A stretch of 54,765 nt of DNA. It comes from an uncultured Alphaproteobacteria bacterium (GTDB lineage Bacteria; Pseudomonadota; Alphaproteobacteria; SHVP01). Below, one piece after another: positions 42,489-53,518 of the stretch. Below the pieces are notes generated by a model that was not told the DNA's origin, did no database searches, and saw only the letters and a list, made by a program, of their open reading frames with translations. Numbering within the stretch: position 1 is the stretch's first letter; the number at the start of each line of letters is the position of its first letter. The position numbers and the translations under genes are program-made. The DNA lies in NCBI GenBank assembly GCA_964350495.1, contig CAYGKG010000006.1, positions 8,412 to 63,176 of the forward strand, in the 5' to 3' direction.

Positions 42489-44279
42489 ATGAGTGAAGCC
42501 TATCCCATCACCGAACACCTCTATGACGTCGTCGTTGTCGGCGCCGGGGGCGCCGGCCTGCGCGCCGTCGTCGGCATGGCCGAAAAGGGCCTTAAGACGG
42601 CGTGCGTCACGAAGGTTTTCCCAACCCGCTCGCACACAGTGGCAGCGCAGGGCGGCATCTCGGCAGCGCTTGGCAACATGGGTCCCGACGATTGGCGATG
42701 GCATATGTACGACACCGTCAAGGGTTCCGATTGGCTCGGCGACCAAGACGCCATCGAGTACATGTGCAAGGAGGGTCCGGCTGCCGTCATCGAGCTGGAG
42801 CATTACGGCGTGCCCTTCTCACGCACCGAAAGCGGCAGGATTTATCAACGCGCCTTCGGCGGGATGACGACGAACTTCGGCGAAGGAACGGCGCTGCGCA
42901 CGTGCGCCGCCGCCGACCGGACTGGTCACGCCATCTTGCATTCGCTTTACCAGCAAAGCCTTCGGCACAAGGCCGAGTTCTTTATCGAATACATTGCCCT
43001 CGACCTCATCATGGACGAGGACGGCAGTTGTGTCGGTATGTTGGCGTGGAACCTCGACGATGGCAGCCTCCACCTGTTCCGCTCGCACATGACGGTGCTC
43101 GCGACGGGCGGTTACGGTCGCACCTACTTTTCGTGCACGTCGGCCCATACGTGCACGGGTGACGGCAATGCCATGGCGCTCCGGGCGGGATTGCCCTTGC
43201 AGGATATGGAGTTCGTCCAATTCCACCCGACGGGGGTTTACGGCGCGGGCGTATTGATCACCGAAGGGGTGCGCGGCGAAGGCGGGTATCTCGTCAACGG
43301 CGAGGGGGAGCGCTTCATGGAGCGTTACGCCCCCCATGCGAAGGATCTGGCGTCCCGCGACGTCGTCAGCCGTTCGATGACCATCGAAATCCGAGAAGGC
43401 CGGGGCGTCGGCGCGAAGAAGGACCATATCTATCTGCACCTGGACCACCTCGACCCGACGATCATCGGCGAACGCCTCCCAGGCATCGCCGAAAGCGCCA
43501 AGGTTTTTGCCGGCGTCGATGTGACCCGCGAACCGATCCCCGTGCTGCCCACGGTCCACTACAACATGGGCGGCATTCCGACGAACTACCACGGCGAGGT
43601 CATCAACAACACGGCCGACAGTCCGGACGCGCTGGTTCCGGGACTGATGGCAGCTGGCGAAGCCGCCTGTGTCTCGGTTCACGGGGCAAATCGCCTGGGA
43701 TCGAACTCATTGCTCGATCTAGTCGTGTTTGGCCGTGCCGTTGCCAATCGTGCCGCCGAAGTGGTGAAAGCCGGCGCCGGCCACCGCGCGCTGCCTAAAG
43801 CCAGCTTGGACAAGGCGTTGCAGCGGCTCGACCATTTCCGCAACGCCAGCGGCGGCACGCCAACCGCCGAGATTCGCGCCAACATGCAAAGCACGATGCA
43901 GAATAACTGTGCGGTCTTCCGTACCGGCGACGTTCTGGAAGAAGGCAAGCAACTGATCGACAACGTGCGAAAGAGCATGTCCGACATCGGCGTAAAGGAC
44001 CGTTCGATGGTGTGGAATTCAGACTTGGTCGAGACGTTGGAACTCGACAACATGATCGGCCAGGCCGTCGTCACTATGCATGGCGCCGCGAACCGGAAGG
44101 AAAGCCGCGGCGCCCATGCCCGCGAAGACTTCCCGGATCGCGACGACGAGAACTGGATGAAACACTCGATGGAACGCTACGACGAATCGGGCAAGGTGAC
44201 GATCGATTACCGGCCCGTCCATGAGTACACGCTAACCGACGACGTTTCATATTTCCCGCCGAAGGCGCGGGTTTACTAG
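42489..44279 (+). CDS. sdhA: Succinate dehydrogenase flavoprotein
   Basis: [16 protein letters not shown] (FAD-binding His), QFHPT, HGANRLG. Confidence 0.98.
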   Translation: MSEAYPITEHLYDVVVVGAGGAGLRAVVGMAEKGLKTACVTKVFPTRSHTVAAQGGISAALGNMGPDDWRWHMYDTVKGSDWLGDQDAIEYMCKEGPAAVIELEHYGVPFSRTESGRIYQRAFGGMTTNFGEGTALRTCAAADRTGHAILHSLYQQSLRHKAEFFIEYIALDLIMDEDGSCVGMLAWNLDDGSLHLFRSHMTVLATGGYGRTYFSCTSAHTCTGDGNAMALRAGLPLQDMEFVQFHPTGVYGAGVLITEGVRGEGGYLVNGEGERFMERYAPHAKDLASRDVVSRSMTIEIREGRGVGAKKDHIYLHLDHLDPTIIGERLPGIAESAKVFAGVDVTREPIPVLPTVHYNMGGIPTNYHGEVINNTADSPDALVPGLMAAGEAACVSVHGANRLGSNSLLDLVVFGRAVANRAAEVVKAGAGHRALPKASLDKALQRLDHFRNASGGTPTAEIRANMQSTMQNNCAVFRTGDVLEEGKQLIDNVRKSMSDIGVKDRSMVWNSDLVETLELDNMIGQAVVTMHGAANRKESRGAHAREDFPDRDDENWMKHSMERYDESGKVTIDYRPVHEYTLTDDVSYFPPKARVY

Positions 44280-44296
44280 AGCCGGTAGGAGCACCG

Positions 44297-45073
44297 ATGG
44301 CTGAGTTCTCGCTTCCCCGCAATTCCAAGATCGGCACCGGCAAGACGGTCAAGGCACCGTCGACCGCAACGCGTGTCCGTACCTTCAAGGTCTACCGGTG
44401 GAACCCGGACGATGGAAAGAATCCGGTAGTCGATACCTATGAGGTCGACCTCGACACGTGCGGTCCGATGGTCTTGGACGCCCTGATCAAGATCAAAAAC
44501 GAGATGGACTCCACGCTGACGTTCCGGCGTTCCTGCCGCGAAGGCGTGTGCGGATCGTGCGCGATGAACATCGACGGCTCCAACACTCTCGCCTGCACCA
44601 AGGCGATCGAGGACGTGAAAAAGGACGTCAATGTCTATCCGCTGCCGCACATGAACGTGGTGAAGGATCTCGTCCCCGATATGACGAACTTCTACGCGCA
44701 GTACGCCTCGGTCAAACCGTGGCTGCAGTCCGAATCCGAGCCACCGACCCGGGAACGCCTGCAATCGCGCGAGGAACGGGCGGAACTCGACGGCTTGTGG
44801 GAATGCATTTTGTGCGCCTGCTGCTCAACCAGCTGCCCTAGCTATTGGTGGAATAGCGACCGATATCTGGGACCGGCCGTTCTCCTCCAAGCCTACCGCT
44901 GGATCGCCGATAGTCGCGACGAGTACACTGGCGAACGCCTCGACGATCTCGAGGATCCGTTTCGGCTCTATCGCTGTCACACCATCATGAACTGCACGGC
45001 CGCTTGTCCGAAGGGCTTGAATCCGGCTAAAGCCATCGCAGAAACCAAGAAGCTGATGCAGGAGCGTCGCTAG
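44297..45073 (+). CDS. sdhB: Succinate dehydrogenase iron-sulfur subunit
   Basis: [33 protein letters not shown]. Confidence 0.98.
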   Translation: MAEFSLPRNSKIGTGKTVKAPSTATRVRTFKVYRWNPDDGKNPVVDTYEVDLDTCGPMVLDALIKIKNEMDSTLTFRRSCREGVCGSCAMNIDGSNTLACTKAIEDVKKDVNVYPLPHMNVVKDLVPDMTNFYAQYASVKPWLQSESEPPTRERLQSREERAELDGLWECILCACCSTSCPSYWWNSDRYLGPAVLLQAYRWIADSRDEYTGERLDDLEDPFRLYRCHTIMNCTAACPKGLNPAKAIAETKKLMQERR

Positions 45074-45099
45074 AACCCGCTGTTGGGTCGAGGGTTAGG

Positions 45100-46629
45100 G
45101 TGAACAGCACGCCCAAAGACGGCCGCACCGACGACGCGCTGCGAGAAAGCTACGATCGGCTCCCTTACGAAACGCGCGCCCGGCGCAAGACCCACCCGGA
45201 TACGCTGGCAACCGTCGCGCAACTATTTGGCCTACCCGCGCCGGCGGTTGAGACCGGCAGAGTCCTTGAGATCGGTTGCGGTCCTGGCGAGAATCTCGTC
45301 GCGATCGCAACCGCACTTCCCCGCGCTACATGCGTCGGCGTCGACTTCGCAGGGGCACAGATCGCGCAGGCCAAGACTTTGGCGGCGGCGGCCGAAGTTG
45401 AGAACGCTGATTTTTATTGCAGTGATTTCAACAAGATAGAGAGCACCCACGCGCCCTTCGACTTCGTCGTCGCGCACGGCCTTCTGTCATGGATCCCCCC
45501 AGAGCGGCACGACGAACTTATCGCCGCCTGTAGCCAATGCCTCGCGCCGGGCGGCTTGTTGTTCTTGAGTTACAACGCGCTGCCCGGATGGCACCAGCGT
45601 CGGATCATCCGCGACTACTTGCTTTTCGAAACAGCCGGTAACGCCGATACTGTCGAGAAGGTCCGCCATGCCCGCACGGCCCTGTCCTCGCTGGCAGACG
45701 ATACCGGTCAAATCGATTGGGCCTACGGGCGCATCGTCCGTGAGGAGCGCGACAATGTGGCGAAACTCGGCGACTCCTACCTCGCCCACGACCTCCTCGA
45801 AACCTTCAACAGCGCTTTCTATTTCGGCGACGTTGTGCGGGACGCCAAGGTCCACGACCTTCACTATGTCGGCGAGGCTGCCTTCGACACGATGGTGCCG
45901 GACACGTACCCAGCTTCGATCGCACGGTCGCTGAAGACCATTGGAGACCTTCAGGTACGCGAACAACGGCTCGATTTTCTGATCAACCGCACGTTCCGTG
46001 AGTCGATTTTCGTCAAATCCCTTCGACCAACCGAACGACCCGATCAACGCGCCCTTGCCAAGCTTTTCATTGCCTCATCGCTGAAACGGGTTACCGCAAA
46101 CGAGAGTGGCGCGGTCGCCATCGTCTATAAAAGTCCCAACGGTACGGAGATTTCGGTTGAACCCGGCGCTGTGCCCGCGGCGCTCGACGTGCTGACGGCG
46201 TGCTACCCGGAAGCCCGCTCGCTCGAGGAAATTCTGGGCGAGACGCAGGCGACGAGCGGCGACCGGATAGAATCGAGCGAGGTCATCGCCCTCATCAACG
46301 CCCTTTTTGCGGCCTTTAGTCGAGGCCTTGTATCCCTTCACAGCGCCCGCCCGCCCGTGCGGGCGACGGTCGGGGCGCATCCTATCGCCTCACCCCTTGC
46401 CCGAGCGCAGTCCGCTGCCGGCACCCGGGTCACGACGATGCTGCTCGACAATATCGACCTCAACGATGCCGATTGTCATGCCCTTCTCCCCCATCTCGAC
46501 GGCCAGCGCGACGTACCAGCGCTTGCGCGGGCCCTTGCCATCGCCGATCCGGCTAGCGGAATGGAGCGGACAAAAGCGGCGCTGGAAAAGCTGGCGCGGG
46601 CCGGTCTTCTGCGTCCGTCCGCCCGATGA
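45100..46629 (+). CDS. Class I SAM-dependent methyltransferase with methyltransferase regulatory domain (rickettsial PKMT-like)
   Basis: SYD..PY N-terminus, VLEIGCGPGEN, FDFVVAHGLLSW, SYNALPGW, YLAHDLLE, DFLINRTFR. The stop overlaps the zapE ATG. Confidence 0.85.
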   Translation: MNSTPKDGRTDDALRESYDRLPYETRARRKTHPDTLATVAQLFGLPAPAVETGRVLEIGCGPGENLVAIATALPRATCVGVDFAGAQIAQAKTLAAAAEVENADFYCSDFNKIESTHAPFDFVVAHGLLSWIPPERHDELIAACSQCLAPGGLLFLSYNALPGWHQRRIIRDYLLFETAGNADTVEKVRHARTALSSLADDTGQIDWAYGRIVREERDNVAKLGDSYLAHDLLETFNSAFYFGDVVRDAKVHDLHYVGEAAFDTMVPDTYPASIARSLKTIGDLQVREQRLDFLINRTFRESIFVKSLRPTERPDQRALAKLFIASSLKRVTANESGAVAIVYKSPNGTEISVEPGAVPAALDVLTACYPEARSLEEILGETQATSGDRIESSEVIALINALFAAFSRGLVSLHSARPPVRATVGAHPIASPLARAQSAAGTRVTTMLLDNIDLNDADCHALLPHLDGQRDVPALARALAIADPASGMERTKAALEKLARAGLLRPSAR

Positions 46630-47744
46630 CATCGATTGCCGAAGCCTACACGCGCCTGCTCGAGCGGGAAGGATGGCAACCGGACACCGGTCAAGCAGCC
46701 GTCGTCGGGCGCCTCTCCCGGCTTGAAAACGAGCTCGCGCGCCTCAACAACAACCGCGGCATTTTGGCGCGCTTGAGCGGCCGGGCAAAATCACCGCCGC
46801 CAACCGGGCTTTATCTGTGGGGCGGCGTCGGCCGCGGGAAATCGATCCTGATGGACCTGTTCTATCAATGCATTCCATCGACTCCCAAGAGGCGGGTCCA
46901 CTTCCACGCCTTCATGCTCGACGTCCACGCCAGGGTTTTCCGGCTGCGCCAAGACCCGAGCAACAAGGGCGATCCGTTGAAGGCGGTCGCAAGACAGATA
47001 TCGGAGGAAACGACCCTCCTGTGCTTCGACGAGTTTCAGGTTACTGACACCGCCGATGCGATGATCCTCTCTCGATTGTTCAAGAAGATGTTCGAGCGCG
47101 GCATTGTGGTTGTCGCGACATCCAACAGGCCGCCCGGCGACCTGTACCTCCACGGACTCAATCGCGACCTATTTCTGCCCTTTATCGACATGCTGTCCGA
47201 GCGAACCGAGGTGGTTCATTTGGACGGTGCGCGGGATTACCGCTTGGAACAGCTTCGCAGCATCGGCGTTTTTCACACGCCCCTCGGGGCGGAAAGCGAG
47301 CAGGAACTCGCGGCCGCGTTTCACCAATTGACCGGGAAAGAGCGCGGCGACCCCCTGACCCTTCTCGCCCAAGGCCGGTCTCTTACGATACCAAATGCGG
47401 CAAGCGGCGTCGGACAATGCACGTTTGCCGAGCTCTGCGAACAACCCTTGGGAAGCGCGGATTACCTGGCCATCGCCGAGACATTCAACACACTCATCGT
47501 TTCCGGAATTCCCAAGATGAGCCCCGAAAAGCGCAATGAAGCCAAGCGGTTTACGACGCTGATCGACGCCCTCTATGAGCACAAAGTGAACTTGATCTGT
47601 TCGGCAGACGCTCTTCCCAACGATCTGTATACCGACGGGCATGGGTCGTTCGAGTTTGCCCGAACGGTTTCGCGGCTCATAGAAATGCAGTCGCCCGATT
47701 ACATGGCGTTGGGGCATATCGTCGGCGAGGGCGCTTCAGCCTAA
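46626..47744 (+). CDS. zapE: Cell division ATPase ZapE (AFG1 family)
   Basis: GLYLWGGVGRGKS, RVHFHAFM, LCFDEFQV, TSNRPP, RTVSRLIEMQ. Confidence 0.95.
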   Translation: MTSIAEAYTRLLEREGWQPDTGQAAVVGRLSRLENELARLNNNRGILARLSGRAKSPPPTGLYLWGGVGRGKSILMDLFYQCIPSTPKRRVHFHAFMLDVHARVFRLRQDPSNKGDPLKAVARQISEETTLLCFDEFQVTDTADAMILSRLFKKMFERGIVVVATSNRPPGDLYLHGLNRDLFLPFIDMLSERTEVVHLDGARDYRLEQLRSIGVFHTPLGAESEQELAAAFHQLTGKERGDPLTLLAQGRSLTIPNAASGVGQCTFAELCEQPLGSADYLAIAETFNTLIVSGIPKMSPEKRNEAKRFTTLIDALYEHKVNLICSADALPNDLYTDGHGSFEFARTVSRLIEMQSPDYMALGHIVGEGASA

Positions 47745-48605
47745 CGGCGGCGCCCATCGCAAGGCGGGGAGCACGCCCGTCGGACGCGTCCCGCTTGCAC
47801 CAAGGAAGGCGTCGAGACGTTTGCGGTCGATCGGGTCGCCGATTTCGTCACGATGCAATCCACCGGCCACGAAGATCGAATCGATGCCAAAGGCGTTGGC
47901 GCCGGCGATGTCGGTTCGCGGGCTATCGCCGAGTGCGACAACCCGCGACAGCGAAAGATCCCGCCCATACAGACAGGCTTGGTAGACGGGCGCAAAGGGC
48001 TTGCCGAACTGAATCACGCGACCGCCGATTTCCGCATACCATGCCGCCAACGCACCGGCGCAATACAAAATCCGTGGCCCGCGCATCACCTGTAGGTCGG
48101 GATTGGCGCAAACCAAAGGTAAATCGAGCGCTTGTGCGGTCTTTAGTTCAGCCTCGTAATCCGCGACCGTTTCGGTCTCGTCATGTCGAAGCCCTGTGAC
48201 AAGGAGAAAATCGGCCTGGTCCACCGTCGCGACGACCTGGTAGTCGAGGCCGTTCAATATGTGCGCGTCTTTTTCCGGGCCGACGTAGCGATAACGGCGA
48301 CGCCCCGCTAGGTCGGGGAGACCTTCTTCCAGGGCGCGGTAAGTTATCTCCCCAGAGCTCACAACCCCGTCGTATGCCGACCGTGGAACGCCGATACCGT
48401 CAATCTGCCGCATCACCGCATCGGTGCGCCGGGGTGCGTTGGACAACAGCACCCGTTCGACACCCGCCGTCCGCATCCGCGCCAGGCAGTCCAGAGCCTG
48501 CGGATAGGGCTGCGTGCCGTCGTGGACGACTCCCCAGAGATCGATCAGGGCGAGGTCGTAGCGCGCGGCGATGTCCCCAAAACCGTCGAGCATCCTGTAC
48601 GGCAT
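47736..48605 (-). CDS. HAD-superfamily class IIA hydrolase (TIGR01459-like)
   Basis: DLWGVVHDG, LSNAPR, CANPD, GKP, GDSPRTDIAGA. Confidence 0.88.
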   Translation of the reverse strand: MPYRMLDGFGDIAARYDLALIDLWGVVHDGTQPYPQALDCLARMRTAGVERVLLSNAPRRTDAVMRQIDGIGVPRSAYDGVVSSGEITYRALEEGLPDLAGRRRYRYVGPEKDAHILNGLDYQVVATVDQADFLLVTGLRHDETETVADYEAELKTAQALDLPLVCANPDLQVMRGPRILYCAGALAAWYAEIGGRVIQFGKPFAPVYQACLYGRDLSLSRVVALGDSPRTDIAGANAFGIDSIFVAGGLHRDEIGDPIDRKRLDAFLGASGTRPTGVLPALRWAPPLG

Positions 48606-48639
48606 TACGCTGCGGTCCTCGGCGGTGGGACAAACGAAC

Positions 48640-49701
48640 TCACGGCCGCACCTCGGCACCGATCACGTCGGCCAGCGACGACACGCCGTCGCGCTCCATG
48701 AGCGCATGCAGACGCATCAACATCCGTTGGATCAGACCTGGCCCCTGAAAAACCATCGCTGTATAGAGCTGAATCAGCGACGCGCCGGCCTTCAACTTTT
48801 CATAGGCGTCGTCTCCCGACCCAATGCCGCCAACGCCGATCAACGGCAGTCGCCCGCCGCTCAGGCGGGTCGCCTCGCGCAAGACTGCCGTCGACGGTGC
48901 GAACAACGGGGCGCCCGAGAGCCCGCCGGTTTCGGAGGCGAAGCGTTGGTTCAGGCGCCCGGGCCGCGCCACGGTCGTATTCGAGACGATCAGCCCGTCA
49001 ACCCCGGTTTCAATAGCCATGTCCACGATGCCGCCGAGTTGGCCAGGCGAGAGGTCCGGCGCGATCTTGACGAGAAGCGGCGGGCGGGCGTCGCTCTGGT
49101 TCCGCGCCTCCCGCAAGCGGTTAAGAAGCGGGCCGAACATCGCCTTGGCTTGAAGGTCGCGGAGTCCGGGAGTGTTGGGCGACGATATGTTGACCACCAG
49201 ATAATCTGCAAAACCTGAAAAACGTTCCACACCGACGACGTAGTCTTGGATCGGATCATCCGAGTCCTTGTTGGCGCCGACGTTGATCCCGATAATGCCC
49301 GGGTTGCCGGACCGTTGGCGGCGGATATTCTCGGCGAAGGCGGCATGACCGAGATTGTTGAATCCCAGCCGGTTGATGACTGCGCCGTCTTGGATCGAAC
49401 GAAACACGCGCGGCCGCGGATTGCCCGCTTGCGGTCGCGGCGTAACGGTCCCGGCCTCGGCAAACCCGAATCCGAGCCGCAGCATTGCGCGCGACGCAAC
49501 GGCGTTCTTATCGAATCCTGCCGCCAATCCAATCGGATTGGGAAACCGTAGTCCGAAGGCTTCGACCGGGAGGTCGGGCGCCCGCAGGCGGGGTACTGCC
49601 GCGGCGCCATACCGCAACGCCGCCAGCGTCCACGCGTGCGCACGTTCAGGTTCCAGCGCGAAGAGAGCCGGACGCACAAGGCTAAAGAGGCGCGTCGACA
49701 C
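48640..49701 (-). CDS. pyrD: Quinone-dependent dihydroorotate dehydrogenase
   Basis: PERAH, GLAAGFDKN, NISSPNTPGLR, KIAPD, GGLSG. Confidence 0.96.
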   Translation of the reverse strand: MSTRLFSLVRPALFALEPERAHAWTLAALRYGAAAVPRLRAPDLPVEAFGLRFPNPIGLAAGFDKNAVASRAMLRLGFGFAEAGTVTPRPQAGNPRPRVFRSIQDGAVINRLGFNNLGHAAFAENIRRQRSGNPGIIGINVGANKDSDDPIQDYVVGVERFSGFADYLVVNISSPNTPGLRDLQAKAMFGPLLNRLREARNQSDARPPLLVKIAPDLSPGQLGGIVDMAIETGVDGLIVSNTTVARPGRLNQRFASETGGLSGAPLFAPSTAVLREATRLSGGRLPLIGVGGIGSGDDAYEKLKAGASLIQLYTAMVFQGPGLIQRMLMRLHALMERDGVSSLADVIGAEVRP

Positions 49702-50436
49702 TTAGAACAGGCTCGCTTGTCGCGGCGCCACTGGCTCGGCAGCATCGAGGCATGTCGGGTCGTCGTTCTTGACGCTATTGACCGCAGACCCGACTGCGGT
49801 CACCGCCAAGTCGACGTGGCTAGGGACCATGATCGCTGCAAGGTCACCCTGGGACGATCCGGGATCGAGCCAGACGTCGAAATCGGCGGAGTCCAGAACC
49901 ACCGGCATTCGGTCGTGGGTATTTGCCACCGAGGGCAGTGCCGGCCCGGTCACGATCGAAAAGGTTTCGACAATTTCGCCAGCCGGCCCGACGTCGCGCG
50001 GACTACCCGTCTCGACGGCTTGGGGTCGCTTCCAGGCGTCCCAGATCGCGGCAAACGTCATCGTTGACCCGTCGACCGGACGGATCAGATAGGGCTGCCG
50101 CCGCCCGTCCTCGACCTTCCACTCGTAGTATCCGTCGGCCGGAACAAGGCAGCGACGCCGTGCAAAACTGTCGCGGAAAGCTCCCTTGGTCGCCACGGTT
50201 TCGCTGCGGGCATTGATCATCCGCGACCCCACGGAGATCGCATCGGCCCAGGCGGGTACCAGGCCCCAGCGGAGCAGGGCCAATTCCCGCCGCATCTCGG
50301 CATTGAGACGAACGACCGGCATCGGATCGGTCGGCGCCACATTGTAGCGCGGCGGAAAATTCGGGAGGCCGCCGAGCAGCTGGAATAGTTGCCGCATAGC
50401 TTCGGCTGGCGACAAGAGAAGATAGCGACCGCACAT
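49702..50436 (-). CDS. SOS response-associated peptidase (SRAP; YedK/HMCES family)
   Basis: N-terminal MCGRY (catalytic Cys2), RYNVAPT, INARSET, YEW, HDRMP. Confidence 0.93.
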   Translation of the reverse strand: MCGRYLLLSPAEAMRQLFQLLGGLPNFPPRYNVAPTDPMPVVRLNAEMRRELALLRWGLVPAWADAISVGSRMINARSETVATKGAFRDSFARRRCLVPADGYYEWKVEDGRRQPYLIRPVDGSTMTFAAIWDAWKRPQAVETGSPRDVGPAGEIVETFSIVTGPALPSVANTHDRMPVVLDSADFDVWLDPGSSQGDLAAIMVPSHVDLAVTAVGSAVNSVKNDDPTCLDAAEPVAPRQASLF

Positions 50437-50540
50437 TTGCGGCATCCTAACGGTTCGGCGCGCACTCGCAATCGTTCGGGTTTGACCGCTCCCGGCGTGC
50501 GCCCGACAATAGATCGGCAATCAACGAACGGACCGCAAAC

Positions 50541-51407
50541 ATGCCTAGATCCAGTATCGAAGAGGAAGGCCGCTTCTACTTTGATGGGGAATGGTTCGAC
50601 ACGAACCCCAAGATGATCGGTCCGGCAACCCATGCCTTCTGGATGTCGTCAGTCGTGTTCGACGGTGCCCGTGCCTTCGGCGGCCTGGCTCCCGATCTCG
50701 ATCGTCACTGTCAGCGGCTGATCCGATCGGCCGCCGCCATCGGACTAAACCCGCCCATAACTTGGGAGGAAGTGTATGCGTTGGCGGTAACGGGTATCCG
50801 CATGATGCCAAAGGACGCGCACCTCTATGTGCGCCCCGCGATCTATGCCGAGGCGGGGTTCGTCAATCCGGAGGCGGATAGCGCCAAGTTCGTGCTCGCC
50901 ATTCTGAACTCGCCCATGCCCCAATTTGGCGGATTCACAGCCTGCCTCTCGACACTGCGCCGCCCTGCGCGCGATATGGCAACCACGGACGCTAAGGCCG
51001 CGGCGCTCTACCCCAATAGCGGGCGGGCGCTCCGCGAAGCCGCGCGGCGCGGTTTTGACAACGCGGTCATGCTCGACCCGAACGGCAACGTCGCCGAATT
51101 CGCGACGGCAAATTTATGGTTCGCCAAGAACGGAGTCGCGGTAACGCCGGCCGAGAACGGAACCTTCCTTAGCGGCATCACGCGGCGCCGGGTTCTCGAT
51201 CTGCTCCAGGCCGACGGCATCGTGACGGAGGAACGGGCCTTTACCTTCGACGAGGTGATGGACGCCGACGAAGTCTTCAATACCGGCAATTACGGCAAAG
51301 TCATGCCGGTGACGAAGATCGAAGACCGCGAACTACAGCCGGGACCGGTTGCCCGGCGGGCCTACGACCTCTACATGGCCTTCGCGAAGGCGCACAGCGT
51401 CCTATAG
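50541..51407 (+). CDS. Branched-chain amino acid aminotransferase (PLP class IV)
   Basis: [35 protein letters not shown]. Confidence 0.88.
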   Translation: MPRSSIEEEGRFYFDGEWFDTNPKMIGPATHAFWMSSVVFDGARAFGGLAPDLDRHCQRLIRSAAAIGLNPPITWEEVYALAVTGIRMMPKDAHLYVRPAIYAEAGFVNPEADSAKFVLAILNSPMPQFGGFTACLSTLRRPARDMATTDAKAAALYPNSGRALREAARRGFDNAVMLDPNGNVAEFATANLWFAKNGVAVTPAENGTFLSGITRRRVLDLLQADGIVTEERAFTFDEVMDADEVFNTGNYGKVMPVTKIEDRELQPGPVARRAYDLYMAFAKAHSVL

Positions 51408-52988
51408 TTGATTGGTTGGCGCCAACGTGCGGCGGATCAATGCGATAAAGTTGTCGATGCCGTAGAGGGCGACGAAGGACCCAATGCGCGGCCCCTGCTT
51501 TTGTCCAAAGAGGACTTCGTATAGCACACCGAACCAGTCGCGTAGATTGTCGTAGTTGTGCCCCTTCCCGATTTCATAGACCCGATTCTGGATGGTTTCG
51601 GCGTCCGATCCGGGTGCCAAGCTCTCCAGTTCGACAACGAGATCAAGAAGCGCACTCTGTTCCGTGGGCGACGCCGGTCGAAAGACCTTGGAGGGCGCGA
51701 CAAAGTCTCGGTAGTAGGCAATCGCATAGGTGACAAGGCTATCGAGAAGCGGGTGGGTCTCGGGCGACGCACCGTCGACATAGCGACCGACAAAGCCCCA
51801 AAGCACCGCAGGGTCGTCCGTATTACAAACACTGACCAAATTGAGCAGGATGCCAAAGCTCAGGGTCAAATCCTCGGACGGCGCATCGTCGCCGTGGATG
51901 TGCCAAACGGGATTGTCGAGACGGGCCGGGCGGTCGGGCGTTTCGTGAAAGGTCCGCAGGAACGCCGCATACTCATCGACAGCCCGCGGAATTACATCGA
52001 AATACAATCGCTTCGCCTTGCGCGGCGATTGAAACATGTAGAGCGAGAGGCTTTCGGGCGACGCGTACCGCAGCCAATCGTCCAAGGTCAGGCCGTTGCC
52101 CCGGGATTTCGAGATCTTCTCGCCGTTCTCGTCGAGGAAAAGTTCGTAGGTGAAACCGGCGGGCGGTTTTCCGCCCAATATCTTGCAGATCCGGCTGGAA
52201 AGACGGACCGAATCGATCAAATCCTTGCCGGACATCTCGTAGTCGACGTCGAGCGCGCACCAGCGCATCGCCCAGTCAGCCTTCCACTGAAGCTTGCAGT
52301 GGCCGCCTGTCACCGGCACCTCGACTCGGGAACCGTCGTCGTCCAGGTAAATGATCGTCCCGGCGTCGGGGTCTTTATCGACCAGCGGGACCTGGAGAAC
52401 TCTGCCCGTCTTCGGGCAAACCGGGAGAAACGGGCTATAGGTCGTGCGCCGCTCGGCACCGAGCGTCGGCAAGATCACGGCAGTCACCGCATCGTAGTGC
52501 CGCAACATGCGCATCAGTACGTCGTCGAAATCCCCGGCGCGATAGCTTTCGGTCGCGCTCTTGAACTCGTACTCGAACCCGAACCGATCGAGGAACGCCC
52601 GCAAGCGCGCGTTGTTGTGGTGGCCGAAACTCTCATGCGTCCCGAAGGGATCGGGCACCGCGGTCAATGGTTTGCCGAGGTGGGCCTCAAGCTTGTCACG
52701 GTTGGGAACGTTATCCGGGACCTTCCGCAACCCATCCATGTCGTCCGAGAAAGCAAAAAGCCGTGTCGGGATGTCGGATATTTCCGCAAAGGCTCGGCGC
52801 ACCATGGTCGTCCGCGCCACTTCCCCGAACGTGCCGATATGGGGAAGTCCGGACGGGCCGTAACCGGTTTCGAACAGCACAAAGCCTTTGGCCGGCTGTT
52901 CGGCGCTATAGCGTTCAACGAGGGAACGCGCCTCGGCAAAGGGCCAGGATTTTTGGATATCGGTGGGCACAGGCAACTCGCGCGGCAA
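51402..52988 (-). CDS. lysS: Lysine--tRNA ligase, class I
   Basis: [31 protein letters not shown]. Start is uncertain (TTG 52988, TTG 52976 or GTG 52970). Confidence 0.95.
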   Translation of the reverse strand: MPRELPVPTDIQKSWPFAEARSLVERYSAEQPAKGFVLFETGYGPSGLPHIGTFGEVARTTMVRRAFAEISDIPTRLFAFSDDMDGLRKVPDNVPNRDKLEAHLGKPLTAVPDPFGTHESFGHHNNARLRAFLDRFGFEYEFKSATESYRAGDFDDVLMRMLRHYDAVTAVILPTLGAERRTTYSPFLPVCPKTGRVLQVPLVDKDPDAGTIIYLDDDGSRVEVPVTGGHCKLQWKADWAMRWCALDVDYEMSGKDLIDSVRLSSRICKILGGKPPAGFTYELFLDENGEKISKSRGNGLTLDDWLRYASPESLSLYMFQSPRKAKRLYFDVIPRAVDEYAAFLRTFHETPDRPARLDNPVWHIHGDDAPSEDLTLSFGILLNLVSVCNTDDPAVLWGFVGRYVDGASPETHPLLDSLVTYAIAYYRDFVAPSKVFRPASPTEQSALLDLVVELESLAPGSDAETIQNRVYEIGKGHNYDNLRDWFGVLYEVLFGQKQGPRIGSFVALYGIDNFIALIRRTLAPTNQL

Positions 52989-53016
52989 CCTAGGCGGACA
53001 GGCCGGGGACGGTCAA
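52987..53016 (-). promoter_or_regulatory. Possible sigma70 promoter for lysS
   Basis: Minus strand TTGACC-N18-TAGGTT. Confidence 0.45.
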
Positions 53017-53050
53017 GCGGCCAGACGTGGTGTGATCGCAGGGCACGGGG

Positions 53051-53079
53051 TTGCTGCGACCTCCCCCAATCCCTAAATT
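53051..53079 (+). promoter_or_regulatory. Possible sigma70 promoter for the terB-like gene
   Basis: TTGCTG-N17-TAAATT; AAGGA SD before the ATG at 53107. Confidence 0.4.
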
Positions 53080-53106
53080 GCGCCGTCCCCTAAAGAAGGA
53101 AATCAG

Positions 53107-53517
53107 ATGTCCGTGAAACAAGAGCATCAGGCCCTTATCTACGTCATGGTGCTGATGTCGGCCGCCGACAACGATATGACCGACAAGGAGCTCTTTACGA
53201 TCGGCGAGATCGTCAAGACGTTGCCGGTCTTTGGCGGCCTGGATATCGAGAAACTACCCGACACGGCGGAAGCCTGCGCCGACCTTCTCGCCAAGGATAA
53301 CGGCCTCGAATCCGTGCTGAAATTCATCGCCGAGAAACTTCCGGCCCGCCTTCACGAAACGGCCTATGCGCTCGCCTGCGATATCGCCGCCGTAGAGGGG
53401 CGCTTGCGCAGCGAAGAAATAAAGCTCCTCGAATTTCTCCGCCACCGCCTAGAGATCGGCCGCCTCCCGGCAGCCGCGATCGAACGCGGCTCCAAGGCTC
53501 GCTACCAGATCCTCTAA
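53107..53517 (+). CDS. TerB-family protein
   Basis: ALIYVMVLMSAADN.MTD.E, LPVF, ETAYALACDIAA, AAAIERG; divergent from lysS. Confidence 0.85.
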   Translation: MSVKQEHQALIYVMVLMSAADNDMTDKELFTIGEIVKTLPVFGGLDIEKLPDTAEACADLLAKDNGLESVLKFIAEKLPARLHETAYALACDIAAVEGRLRSEEIKLLEFLRHRLEIGRLPAAAIERGSKARYQIL

Positions 53518-53518
53518 T

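Noticed and set aside
50526-50540. GAAC-N7-AAAC as a LexA box for the SRAP gene
   Set aside because: One mismatch in an 8-base motif and overlaps the aminotransferase initiation region; too weak without a PWM score.
53041-53054. GGGCACGGGGTTGC as a sigma54 promoter for terB
   Set aside because: The GGCAC-to-TTGC spacing is one base short; a sigma70-like element fits better.
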